Part shown: positions 18,184-24,979 of the stretch, one piece after another
Numbering within the stretch: position 1 is the stretch's first letter
Layout of the letters: each line of letters opens with the position of its first letter
Assembly (NCBI GenBank): GCA_045117555.1
Contig: JBGUNW010000178.1
Location: 1-40,581, forward strand
Length of the DNA: 40,581 nucleotides
Direction: 5' to 3'
Source of the DNA: Eubacteriales bacterium
Lineage (GTDB): Bacteria; Bacillota; Clostridia; Oscillospirales; CAG-272
Translations under genes and position numbers: made by a program
Notes under the pieces: model-generated
The model's database searches: none
What the model saw: the letters and a program-made list of their open reading frames with translations, nothing else
Told to the model about the DNA's origin: nothing

Positions 18184-19149
18184 TCAGTTGGAATCCGGCT
18201 TTCCGTAACTGCGGCGCAGGGCGGCCTCAAAGGCGGCGTTCGGGTCGAAGGTTTTGAAATCGGCGGCGGAATCGCCGGGCTTTTCCCGTTCGGCGCGCTC
18301 GGCTTCCAGTGCGGTTTCAATCTCCTCCAAAGTTTTCAGTCCGGTGGCGTGCCAACGTTCCAGAATGGCGTTGGTGTATTGCATGGAGGGCTGATGAATG
18401 GAATCCACGGTAATCTCGTAGGCGCGGCGGATGATCTCCTCGCCGTAGCCGAAGGACGCCCATGCGGCAATCAGCTTTTGCTCTTTTGCGGTCAGCGAGC
18501 GGCTTTTCAGCCCGAAGATGGCGCGCACTTTTCCTTCCAGCGTGTGCTGCGCCTCAATGAGTTGGACCTGTTCTTCCAATGCGTCGGCGGTGGTAATGCC
18601 GCGGTCGACCAGCGAAATGGCGTAGCGCTCAATGGTGCGTATTCCTTTTTTCTCAATGCGCGCGCAATGCGCCAGCAACAGCAGGATGTAGTCCTCGTCC
18701 AGTTCCAGATAATCCACCATGCCGAGCAAAACGTTGATTTCGTAGGTATTGAAAAGTTTGCCCATAATGCGTTGCGCTTCCTCGATCATGGCGCGCAGCG
18801 AGGCGCGGCGGTCGAGCATGGCGTTGAGTTCCTCGGTGGAGTAGGTGGGGATCTCGTCGGCGCGGGCCAGCTTTTTGGGGGCTGCCGGAGCAGGAGCCGC
18901 GGCGGCCTTTTTTGCGGTTTGCGCGGGCAGGGCAAGGTCGGTTTGCAGCACGCCCGCCGCCTGCCAAAAGGCAAGATCCTCTTTGATTTCGGATTGCTTG
19001 CAGTCCAGCTCTCCGGCAAGCGCCGAAAGCTCGGTGGTTCCGGCGGCGAGCAGAAAGAGCAGGCGAAGCTGCCGGGCGGAGGCGTTGATTCCGGCAACCG
19101 ACGAGGGAAGCGTAAGCACGCGCCCCCCGAAGTTCCATTGCAGTTTCAT
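18184..19149 (-). CDS. DnaD-domain replication initiation protein (B. subtilis DnaB/DnaD family)
   Basis: Two DnaD-C/DDBH2-like repeats: NTYEINVLLGMVDYLELDEDYILLLLAHC... and LTAKEQKLIAAWASFGYGEEIIRRAYEITVDS...YTNAILERWHATGLKTLEEIE. It lies immediately upstream of the loader gene. Confidence 0.8.
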   Translation of the reverse strand: MKLQWNFGGRVLTLPSSVAGINASARQLRLLFLLAAGTTELSALAGELDCKQSEIKEDLAFWQAAGVLQTDLALPAQTAKKAAAAPAPAAPKKLARADEIPTYSTEELNAMLDRRASLRAMIEEAQRIMGKLFNTYEINVLLGMVDYLELDEDYILLLLAHCARIEKKGIRTIERYAISLVDRGITTADALEEQVQLIEAQHTLEGKVRAIFGLKSRSLTAKEQKLIAAWASFGYGEEIIRRAYEITVDSIHQPSMQYTNAILERWHATGLKTLEEIETALEAERAEREKPGDSAADFKTFDPNAAFEAALRRSYGKPDSN

Positions 19150-19176
19150 GTTGTCAGGTCGCTCCGTTCGGTGGCG

Positions 19177-19860
19177 TTAATCTTTTTTTGCCAATTTGTG
19201 GCAAAGGCGGTAGTTCAAACTCATCAGGGAATCTCCCAGGTGGACCTCCTCCACGGCGACCTCGGAGTCGTCGTAGTGCAGTTCTTTGCCGGTAAAGTTC
19301 CAAATGCCCTTGATCCCGGCGGCGATCAGCCGCTCGGCAACCGTCTCGGCCTGGTCTTTCGGAAGGGTCAGCACGGCCATTTTGACATCGTTTTGTTTGC
19401 AGAAGGATTCCAGATCGTCCATTCCGCGCACGGTCACGCCGCCGAACTCGTGCCCGATGAGCGCCGGGTTGATATCGAACAGCGAAAGAATGTCCACGCC
19501 GCGCTTTGCGAACATGGAAGAACGCACCAGCGCGCGGCCGAGGTCGCCGGCGCCGATCACAACGGCGGTAATGCCCGCGCCAACGCCGAGCAGCTCGCAG
19601 ATTTTGGCATAAAGATAGCTGACGTTATAGCCGTAGCCCTGCTGGCCGAAGCCGCCGAAGCAGTTGAGGTCCTGGCGGATCTGCGAGGCGGTAATGTGCA
19701 TCATTGTGGCAAGCTCGCCCGAGCTGACGCGCATTTTTCCGGCGCGCATCAAAATGCGCAAATAGCGGAAATATCGCGGCAGACGGCGGATGACCGGGTC
19801 GGATACGTTGGGGAGTTCTTCTTCGGTCGGAGTGGTTGGAATTTGATCGATATTCGACAT
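19177..19860 (-). CDS. rex: Redox-sensing transcriptional repressor Rex
   Basis: Winged-helix region RLPRYFRYLRIL...VSSGELA...ASQIRQDLNCFGGFGQQGYGYNV. Rossmann motif VVIGAGDLGRAL. C-terminal IKGIWNFT. Confidence 0.93.
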   Translation of the reverse strand: MSNIDQIPTTPTEEELPNVSDPVIRRLPRYFRYLRILMRAGKMRVSSGELATMMHITASQIRQDLNCFGGFGQQGYGYNVSYLYAKICELLGVGAGITAVVIGAGDLGRALVRSSMFAKRGVDILSLFDINPALIGHEFGGVTVRGMDDLESFCKQNDVKMAVLTLPKDQAETVAERLIAAGIKGIWNFTGKELHYDDSEVAVEEVHLGDSLMSLNYRLCHKLAKKD

Positions 19861-19928
19861 AAAACGATCCTCACTTTCGGTTCCGCAATCAAAAGCGGAA
19901 CAATCTTTTTGCGGGGGGGCGTTGATTT

Positions 19929-19958
19929 TTCCACAGGTTCCACAGGGTTTTCCACAGG
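19929..19958. repeat. Three direct copies of TTCCACAGG (minus strand CCTGTGGAA)
   Basis: Copies at 19929-19937, 19938-19946 and 19950-19958, in the 145-bp tsaD-rex spacer. Confidence 0.9.
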
Positions 19959-20005
19959 GAAAGCGGCTCCGGGAGCCGATTTTTGTCGGGAAATTCGGAA
20001 AACGG

Positions 20006-21031
20006 TCAGATCACGCCTTCGGGGTAGTCGAGCGCCGAAGCGTTCAGCGCCGTACCGGCAAAACGACCCGCGCGATAGCCGAAAAAACCGGCCGCCGCCA
20101 CCATGGCGCCGTTATCGCCGCAAAGGGCGACCGAGGGCATGGCAAGACGAACGTTTCGCTTTTTGCAAAGCGTTTCCAGCGCGGCGCGCAGGTGCGAGTT
20201 GGCGGCAACGCCGCCGGCAAGCACCAGCGTTTCAAGATGGGTTTGCCGGATCGCAAGATCGGTTTTTTTGACGATGGCTTCCACGATTTTCGCCGTGTAG
20301 GAAGCGGCAAGATCGGCGCGGTTTACGGTTTCGCCTTTCTGTTCGGCGCTGTTCAAATAGTTGAGCGCCGCGGTTTTAATGCCGCTGAACGAAAGGGCGA
20401 TCTCCTCGCCGGAAAGCGCAGGGGAGGGCAGCGCGATCGCTTTCGGGTCGCCCTCGCGGGCCAGCTTGTCCAGCGCGGCGCCGCCGGGATAAGGCAGCCC
20501 GATCACGCGACCGATTTTATCAAAGGCCTCGCCCGCGGCGTCGTCACGAGTGCCGCCGATCTCGCGGTACTCCATATTTTCGTTTACGTGATAAAAGCAG
20601 GTGTGGCCGCCCGAAACCACCAGGGCAAGAAAGGGCGGTTTCAGGTCGGTATGGGTCAGAAAAGCGGCGCAGATATGCGCGTGGATATGATTGACCGAAA
20701 CCAGCGGGATCCGGTTTGCGTAGGCGAGCGATTTGGCAAAATTGACGCCGACCAACAACGCGCCGATCAGCCCGGGGTGGGAGGTCACGGCAATGGCGTC
20801 CAGGTCGGAAAGGGCAACGCCCGCTCCGTCCAGTGCCTCCTTCGTTACTTTCGAGATTGCCTCCACATGGGCGCGGCTGGCAATTTCCGGCACCACGCCG
20901 CCGTAAAGCCGGTGGGTTTCGATTTGCGACGCGACGATATTCGAGCGAACGGTCAGAACGCCGTTTTGTTCCTCCACCACGGCGGCGGAAGTTTCGTCGC
21001 AGGAAGATTCCATTCCAAGGAGCAGAGCCAT
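20006..21031 (-). CDS. tsaD: tRNA N6-adenosine threonylcarbamoyltransferase TsaD
   Basis: 341 aa with motifs LGMESSCDETSAAVV and HIHAHI. Confidence 0.96.
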   Translation of the reverse strand: MALLLGMESSCDETSAAVVEEQNGVLTVRSNIVASQIETHRLYGGVVPEIASRAHVEAISKVTKEALDGAGVALSDLDAIAVTSHPGLIGALLVGVNFAKSLAYANRIPLVSVNHIHAHICAAFLTHTDLKPPFLALVVSGGHTCFYHVNENMEYREIGGTRDDAAGEAFDKIGRVIGLPYPGGAALDKLAREGDPKAIALPSPALSGEEIALSFSGIKTAALNYLNSAEQKGETVNRADLAASYTAKIVEAIVKKTDLAIRQTHLETLVLAGGVAANSHLRAALETLCKKRNVRLAMPSVALCGDNGAMVAAAGFFGYRAGRFAGTALNASALDYPEGVI

Positions 21032-21051
21032 GGGTTTATTGAACTCCTTTG

Positions 21052-21507
21052 TTAATCGTCAGATTTCGGCGCAATCGGCCGGATCATCACCAGCGCGTTT
21101 TCAACCGGGTGACGGTAAAAGCCCTTGCGCTCGCCCGCCGTTTGAAACCCGAAGGATTCGTAAAGGCGAACGGCCGGCGAATTGGAAACGCGGACTTCCA
21201 GCGAGAGCGCGGCAAGACCGCGGGTTTCCGCCTCTCGGATCAATCGCGCGACCAATGCCTTCGCAACGCCTTGCCGGCGCGCTTCGGGCAGGACGGCAAG
21301 GTTTAAAATTTGCCCTTCGTCGGGCGCGAGCAGCATACCGATATAGCCGAGGATTTTTTCTTTGTCAACCGCGGCAAAGGCAACGGCGCCGTCCCCCGAA
21401 AAAAGGCCGAGCGCGTTCTCGCTCCACGGTTCGGAAAAGCAGATCTTTTCCAACGCGGCAATGCCGGGCAGGTGTTCTCTCGCAACTTGCAGAATTTCCA
21501 TTTTCAT
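21052..21507 (-). CDS. rimI: Ribosomal-protein-alanine N-acetyltransferase (GNAT)
   Basis: GNAT core LNLAVLPEARRQGVAKALV...LEVRVSNSPAVRLYESFGF. The ATG at 21507 overlaps the upstream stop (ATGA). The track ORF extends further 5' through the phosphatase gene in another frame. Confidence 0.85.
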   Translation of the reverse strand: MKMEILQVAREHLPGIAALEKICFSEPWSENALGLFSGDGAVAFAAVDKEKILGYIGMLLAPDEGQILNLAVLPEARRQGVAKALVARLIREAETRGLAALSLEVRVSNSPAVRLYESFGFQTAGERKGFYRHPVENALVMIRPIAPKSDD

Positions 21508-22049
21508 TTTTCGGCGGAGAAGAGCAGCGTTTTCACGCCCTCGGTAATTTCGGCAAGGCAGGTTTGGTAAACCAAAAGACTTTGCCCGTACGGGTCGGGG
21601 ATCTCTTTGGGCATTCCGGTAATCTTGCCGGCAAATTGCGGGTATTGCATCAAAAGCCCCATCACGTGACTGCCCGAAAGCCCCACGATGAGGTCGCATT
21701 GCGCGGCCAGCGCGGGGGTCAACATATGGGCAACGTGGGTGTGGTAATCGTGCTGCGGGACAGCCGCCACCTTTGCTTCTTCCAGCGCCAGCACCGCGTT
21801 TTGCGCGATCGGTTCTCCCTCGCAGGCGGCAAGCCCGGCGCTGATCGCCTCAACCGGAAGGGGAAGACAATCCCGCACCGCTTCGGGAAGATTGTTTTTG
21901 TACTCCGCGGCCAGCGCGTTGGCAACCGCCGCGGCCATGGGCGAGCGGCAGGTGTTGCCCGTGCAAACGAAACAAACGCGCAAAGGGCGGGCGGTTTCGT
22001 TATTTCCGGCGGGGTTTACGAGCGTTTTTTGCTCGGTCAGGGTGGGCAT
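21504..22049 (-). CDS. Low-molecular-weight protein phosphatase (arginine/tyrosine phosphatase family)
   Basis: P-loop CFVCTGNTCRSPMA and general-acid motif DPYG. The ATG at 22049 lies 4 nt after the dCMP deaminase stop. The longer track start would overlap that gene by about 100 nt. Confidence 0.85.
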   Translation of the reverse strand: MPTLTEQKTLVNPAGNNETARPLRVCFVCTGNTCRSPMAAAVANALAAEYKNNLPEAVRDCLPLPVEAISAGLAACEGEPIAQNAVLALEEAKVAAVPQHDYHTHVAHMLTPALAAQCDLIVGLSGSHVMGLLMQYPQFAGKITGMPKEIPDPYGQSLLVYQTCLAEITEGVKTLLFSAEK

Positions 22050-22053
22050 TTTC

Positions 22054-22542
22054 TCAATATCCGAATTCGCCGGAAAGCGAATCGTCGTTGGTGATCCAAT
22101 CCTGCACGTCAATCTCGCGGTACTCGTTTTTGGTATCGCGCACGACCACTTTTTCAATGCCGGCGTTAATGACCTGGCGTTTGCACATCATGCAGGAGCA
22201 GGTGCCGGGGGAAAGCTCGCCGGTGCGGGCGTCAATGCAGGCCATGTAAAGGGTCGCGCCCAGCATCTGATCGCGCGGAGCGGCGATAATGGCGTTTGCC
22301 TCGGCATGGATCGAGCGGCAGAGCTCGTAGCGTTCGCCGCGCGGAATATTCAGTTTATCGCGCATACAAATTCCCAGCTCGTTGCAGTTTTTTCTGCCGC
22401 GGGGCGCCCCGTTGTAGCCGGTGGAAATAATGCTGTCGTTCTTCACGATGATCGCTCCGAACATCCGGCGCAGGCAGGTAGACCGTTCGGCAACCGTTTG
22501 GGCAATGTCAAGATAGTAGTTGATTTTGGAAACGCGCTCCAT
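22054..22542 (-). CDS. comEB: Deoxycytidylate (dCMP) deaminase, ComEB family
   Basis: Zinc motifs HAEANAI and CSCMMCKRQVINAGI; 162 aa; SD GGAGGG. Confidence 0.9.
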   Translation of the reverse strand: MERVSKINYYLDIAQTVAERSTCLRRMFGAIIVKNDSIISTGYNGAPRGRKNCNELGICMRDKLNIPRGERYELCRSIHAEANAIIAAPRDQMLGATLYMACIDARTGELSPGTCSCMMCKRQVINAGIEKVVVRDTKNEYREIDVQDWITNDDSLSGEFGY

Positions 22543-22618
22543 AGTCGGGCCCTCCGTTTTGGATGGATTTGCAAAGGGAAACGGGGAAAAACGGTAGACT
22601 TTACCATTCTATCTTTCT

Positions 22619-22647
22619 ATTATATACCTCTTTGCGGGCAATTTCAA
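22619..22647 (-). promoter_or_regulatory. Sigma-A type promoter of the comEB-phosphatase-rimI-tsaD(-rex...) unit
   Basis: Minus strand reads TTGAAA (22647-22642), a 17-nt spacer, then TATAAT (22624-22619). Confidence 0.7.
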
Positions 22648-22680
22648 GTGTTTTTTTTCGCATTGGCGGGATTTTCCGCA

Positions 22681-22730
22681 AAGGGAGAGAAAGAGAACGG
22701 ACTTTCCGAAGGGGGGAAAAGTCCGTTCTC
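22681..22730 (-). terminator. Terminator of the topoisomerase B-subunit gene
   Basis: 13-bp stem GAGAACGGACTTT / AAAGTCCGTTCTC (22693-22705 / 22718-22730). On the minus strand it is followed by TTTCTCTCCCTTT. Confidence 0.65.
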
Positions 22731-22754
22731 CTGCGAAAAAAGCGGTGGACGGCG

Positions 22755-24767
22755 TTAAACGTCGATATCCTTCATATATTTTCTTCCGTTCTCGGTGATA
22801 AACGCTTTGCGCGCCGGCAGATCGTCGCCCAAAAGCGTTTCAAAAATCAGGGCGGTTTGTTCGGCGTCGGTGGGAGAAACCGAGATCAGGCGGCGGGTTT
22901 CGGGGTTCATGGTGGTTTGCCACATCATTTCCGGCTCGTTTTCGCCCAACCCTTTGGAGCGTTGCAGCTTGTATTTCTTGCTGCCGATCTTTTTCAGAAT
23001 GGCCGCCTTTTCAAATTCGTCGTAGGCAAACAGAGTTTCGTCGCCCACCGTAATTTCAAACAACGGCGACTCGGCAATAAAGACTTTGTGCTCTTTGAGG
23101 AGTGTTGGAAGCAACCGATAGAACAGCGTAAGCAACAGGGTGCGGATCTGGAAGCCGTCCTCGTCGGCGTCGGTGCAGATGATGATTTTCGACCAGCGCA
23201 GGTTTTCCGGGTGGAAGGTGTTTTTCTCGTCCTTTTTGCGGTGCCGGCCGTCCATTTCCACCCCGCAGCCGATCACGTTGAGCAGGTCCACGATGATCTC
23301 GCTTTTAAAGATTTTATCATAGTCGCTTTTCAGGCAGTTGAGTGTTTTGCCGCGCACCGGGATAATGGCCTGAAACTCGGCGTCGCGCCCCAGTTTGCAG
23401 GAGGTGAGCGCCGAATCGCCTTCCACAATGTAAAGCTCGGCGCGCGCGGGGTCCTTGGAGCGGCAGTTGACAAACTTTTCCACCCGGCTGGAAGGATCGG
23501 TCGGTTTGCTGTTTTCCAATATCTTGGTAACGTCGGTGCGGGTTTTTTCGGCGGCGATCCGCACCCGCATATTCAGCAGCACCTGATTGGCGATCTGGTC
23601 GGCGGCAAGCGGATTTTCAATGGCGAAAATTTCAAACTGACGGCGAATAAACTGGTTCAGCGCGTCGGCGATAAAGACGTTGTTGATCGCCTTTTTGGTT
23701 TGGTTTTCGTAGGACGTTTGCGTGGAGAAGCTGTTGATGACCAGTACCATGCAGTCCTGAATATCCTGAAAGACGATCTTCACGTCGGTTTTTTTGTAAA
23801 GGTCTTTTGATTTGCAGTATTTGTCAATGGCGTAGGTAAAGGCCGAGCGGGCGGCCTTGTCGGGCGAGCCGCCGTATTCCAAATAACTGGAATTGTGGTA
23901 GTATTCGATAAACTGTACGGTTTTGGAAAAGCAGAAGGTCACGTCGGCCTTGAATTTATATTCGGGCTTGTCCTCGCGATCGCGTCCCTGGGTTTCCAGG
24001 TGCCAGGAAACCGGCATGGTAAACGCCGCGTCGCCCACCCGTTCGGCAAGGTAATCGGCAATGCCGTTGGGGTAAACGAAATCCTTGGTATCAAACCCGC
24101 GGCCTTCTTTTTCCACCCGCAGGCGGAAGCATACGCCGGCGTTGACCACCGACTGGCGCTTAATGGTATCTTCAAAGTATTCGATTGGAATATTGATATC
24201 GGTAAAAACCTCAATATCCGGCTTCCAGCGCACAATGGTGCCGTTTTTCTTCTCCTTTTTTTCCAGGGGACGCTCGATCAGCTCGCTGACGGGTTCTCCC
24301 TTGCGGAAATGAATGGAACGCTCCATACCGCCCGAATAGGAAAATACGTCCATGTATTCGGAGGAATACTGCGTTGCGCAGGCGCCGAGACCGTTGAGCC
24401 CCAGCGCGTACTGATAGGAAGCGCCGTCGCTGTTGTTGGCGTATTTACCGCCGGCGTAAAGCTCGCAGTAAACCAAAAACCAGTTCCAGTTTTGCTCCTT
24501 TTCGTTCCAGCCCAGCGGAACGCCGCGGCCGAAGTCCTCCACCTCAATGCTCTTGTCGCGAAAGACAGTCACCTGGATCAGGTCGCCGTGGCCTTCGCGC
24601 GCTTCGTCCACCGCGTTGGAAAGAATTTCAAAAAAGGAGTGTTCGCAACCCTCCAAACCGTCCGAGCCGAAAATAACGGCGGGGCGCTTGCGCACGCGGT
24701 CGGCGCCTTTGAGCGAGAAGATGCTGTTGTCGTTATACTGTTGCTTTTTGCTTTGCTGCGTTGCCAT
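22755..24767 (-). CDS. Type IIA DNA topoisomerase subunit B (GyrB/ParE family), divergent paralogue
   Basis: 670 aa. GHKL motifs EILSNAVDEA, EDFGRGVP and GLNGLGA. QTK loop YENQTKKAI. Toprim motifs YIVEGDSA, PVRGKTLN and TDADEDG. C-terminal KGLGENEPEMMWQTTMNP. I cannot tell gyrase from topo IV from sequence alone. Confidence 0.85.
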   Translation of the reverse strand: MATQQSKKQQYNDNSIFSLKGADRVRKRPAVIFGSDGLEGCEHSFFEILSNAVDEAREGHGDLIQVTVFRDKSIEVEDFGRGVPLGWNEKEQNWNWFLVYCELYAGGKYANNSDGASYQYALGLNGLGACATQYSSEYMDVFSYSGGMERSIHFRKGEPVSELIERPLEKKEKKNGTIVRWKPDIEVFTDINIPIEYFEDTIKRQSVVNAGVCFRLRVEKEGRGFDTKDFVYPNGIADYLAERVGDAAFTMPVSWHLETQGRDREDKPEYKFKADVTFCFSKTVQFIEYYHNSSYLEYGGSPDKAARSAFTYAIDKYCKSKDLYKKTDVKIVFQDIQDCMVLVINSFSTQTSYENQTKKAINNVFIADALNQFIRRQFEIFAIENPLAADQIANQVLLNMRVRIAAEKTRTDVTKILENSKPTDPSSRVEKFVNCRSKDPARAELYIVEGDSALTSCKLGRDAEFQAIIPVRGKTLNCLKSDYDKIFKSEIIVDLLNVIGCGVEMDGRHRKKDEKNTFHPENLRWSKIIICTDADEDGFQIRTLLLTLFYRLLPTLLKEHKVFIAESPLFEITVGDETLFAYDEFEKAAILKKIGSKKYKLQRSKGLGENEPEMMWQTTMNPETRRLISVSPTDAEQTALIFETLLGDDLPARKAFITENGRKYMKDIDV

Positions 24768-24836
24768 TGCTCGTTCCTTCCTGCTTTTTTACCAAACCCG
24801 TTTTCGCACCTTTTCGAGCGTATCATATTCTTTTTC

Positions 24837-24865
24837 ATTATAGCAAAAAATTACCGATTTGAAAA
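24837..24865 (-). promoter_or_regulatory. Promoter of the topoisomerase B-subunit gene
   Basis: Minus strand reads TTTTCA (24865-24860), a 17-nt spacer, then TGC-TATAAT (24842-24837). Confidence 0.55.
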
Positions 24866-24915
24866 GGGGATTTTTTGATTTTTTCGGAAGATTTGAAATT
24901 TTTTGGTTCTTTCTC

Positions 24916-24944
24916 TTGCAACCAAAGCCGATTTCGCATATAAT
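24916..24944 (+). promoter_or_regulatory. Sigma-A type promoter of murD-ynbB-lipoprotein-nifS
   Basis: TTGCAA (24916-24921), a 17-nt spacer, then TATAAT (24939-24944), about 35 nt before the murD ATG. Confidence 0.7.
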
Positions 24945-24979
24945 GAATAAGGATACTGACAAAAAGCGAGGAAAAAGCA

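Noticed and set aside
19911-19920. G7/C7 homopolymer between the TGTGGAA repeats and the rex palindrome, considered as a possible phase-variable tract. An A8 run at the potA/potB junction (34513-34520) was also considered.
   Set aside because: Seven to eight nucleotides is short for slipped-strand switching. The A8 run simply encodes Lys-Lys-Lys at the potB N-terminus. There is no evidence of variability from a single sequence.
17920-20271. 783-aa plus-strand ORF spanning the loader, dnaD-like, rex and tsaD regions, including intergenic DNA.
   Set aside because: It crosses three intergenic regions and is antisense to four well-supported genes. The protein is Arg/Gly/Ala-rich with no motifs, so it is an artefact of GC-rich antisense frames.
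21052-21699. 5'-extended versions of real genes in the ORF track: rimI 21699, phosphatase 22157, small protein 12509, methyltransferase 31065, M50 32367, potB 34156, ABC ATPase 37969, glgC 9907, GT 16527 and hypothetical 17120.
   Set aside because: The extensions overlap the upstream gene or promoter, lack an SD, and several begin at TTG. Internal ATGs with GGAGG/AAGGAG-type SDs or ATGA stop-start overlaps give homologue-like N-termini.
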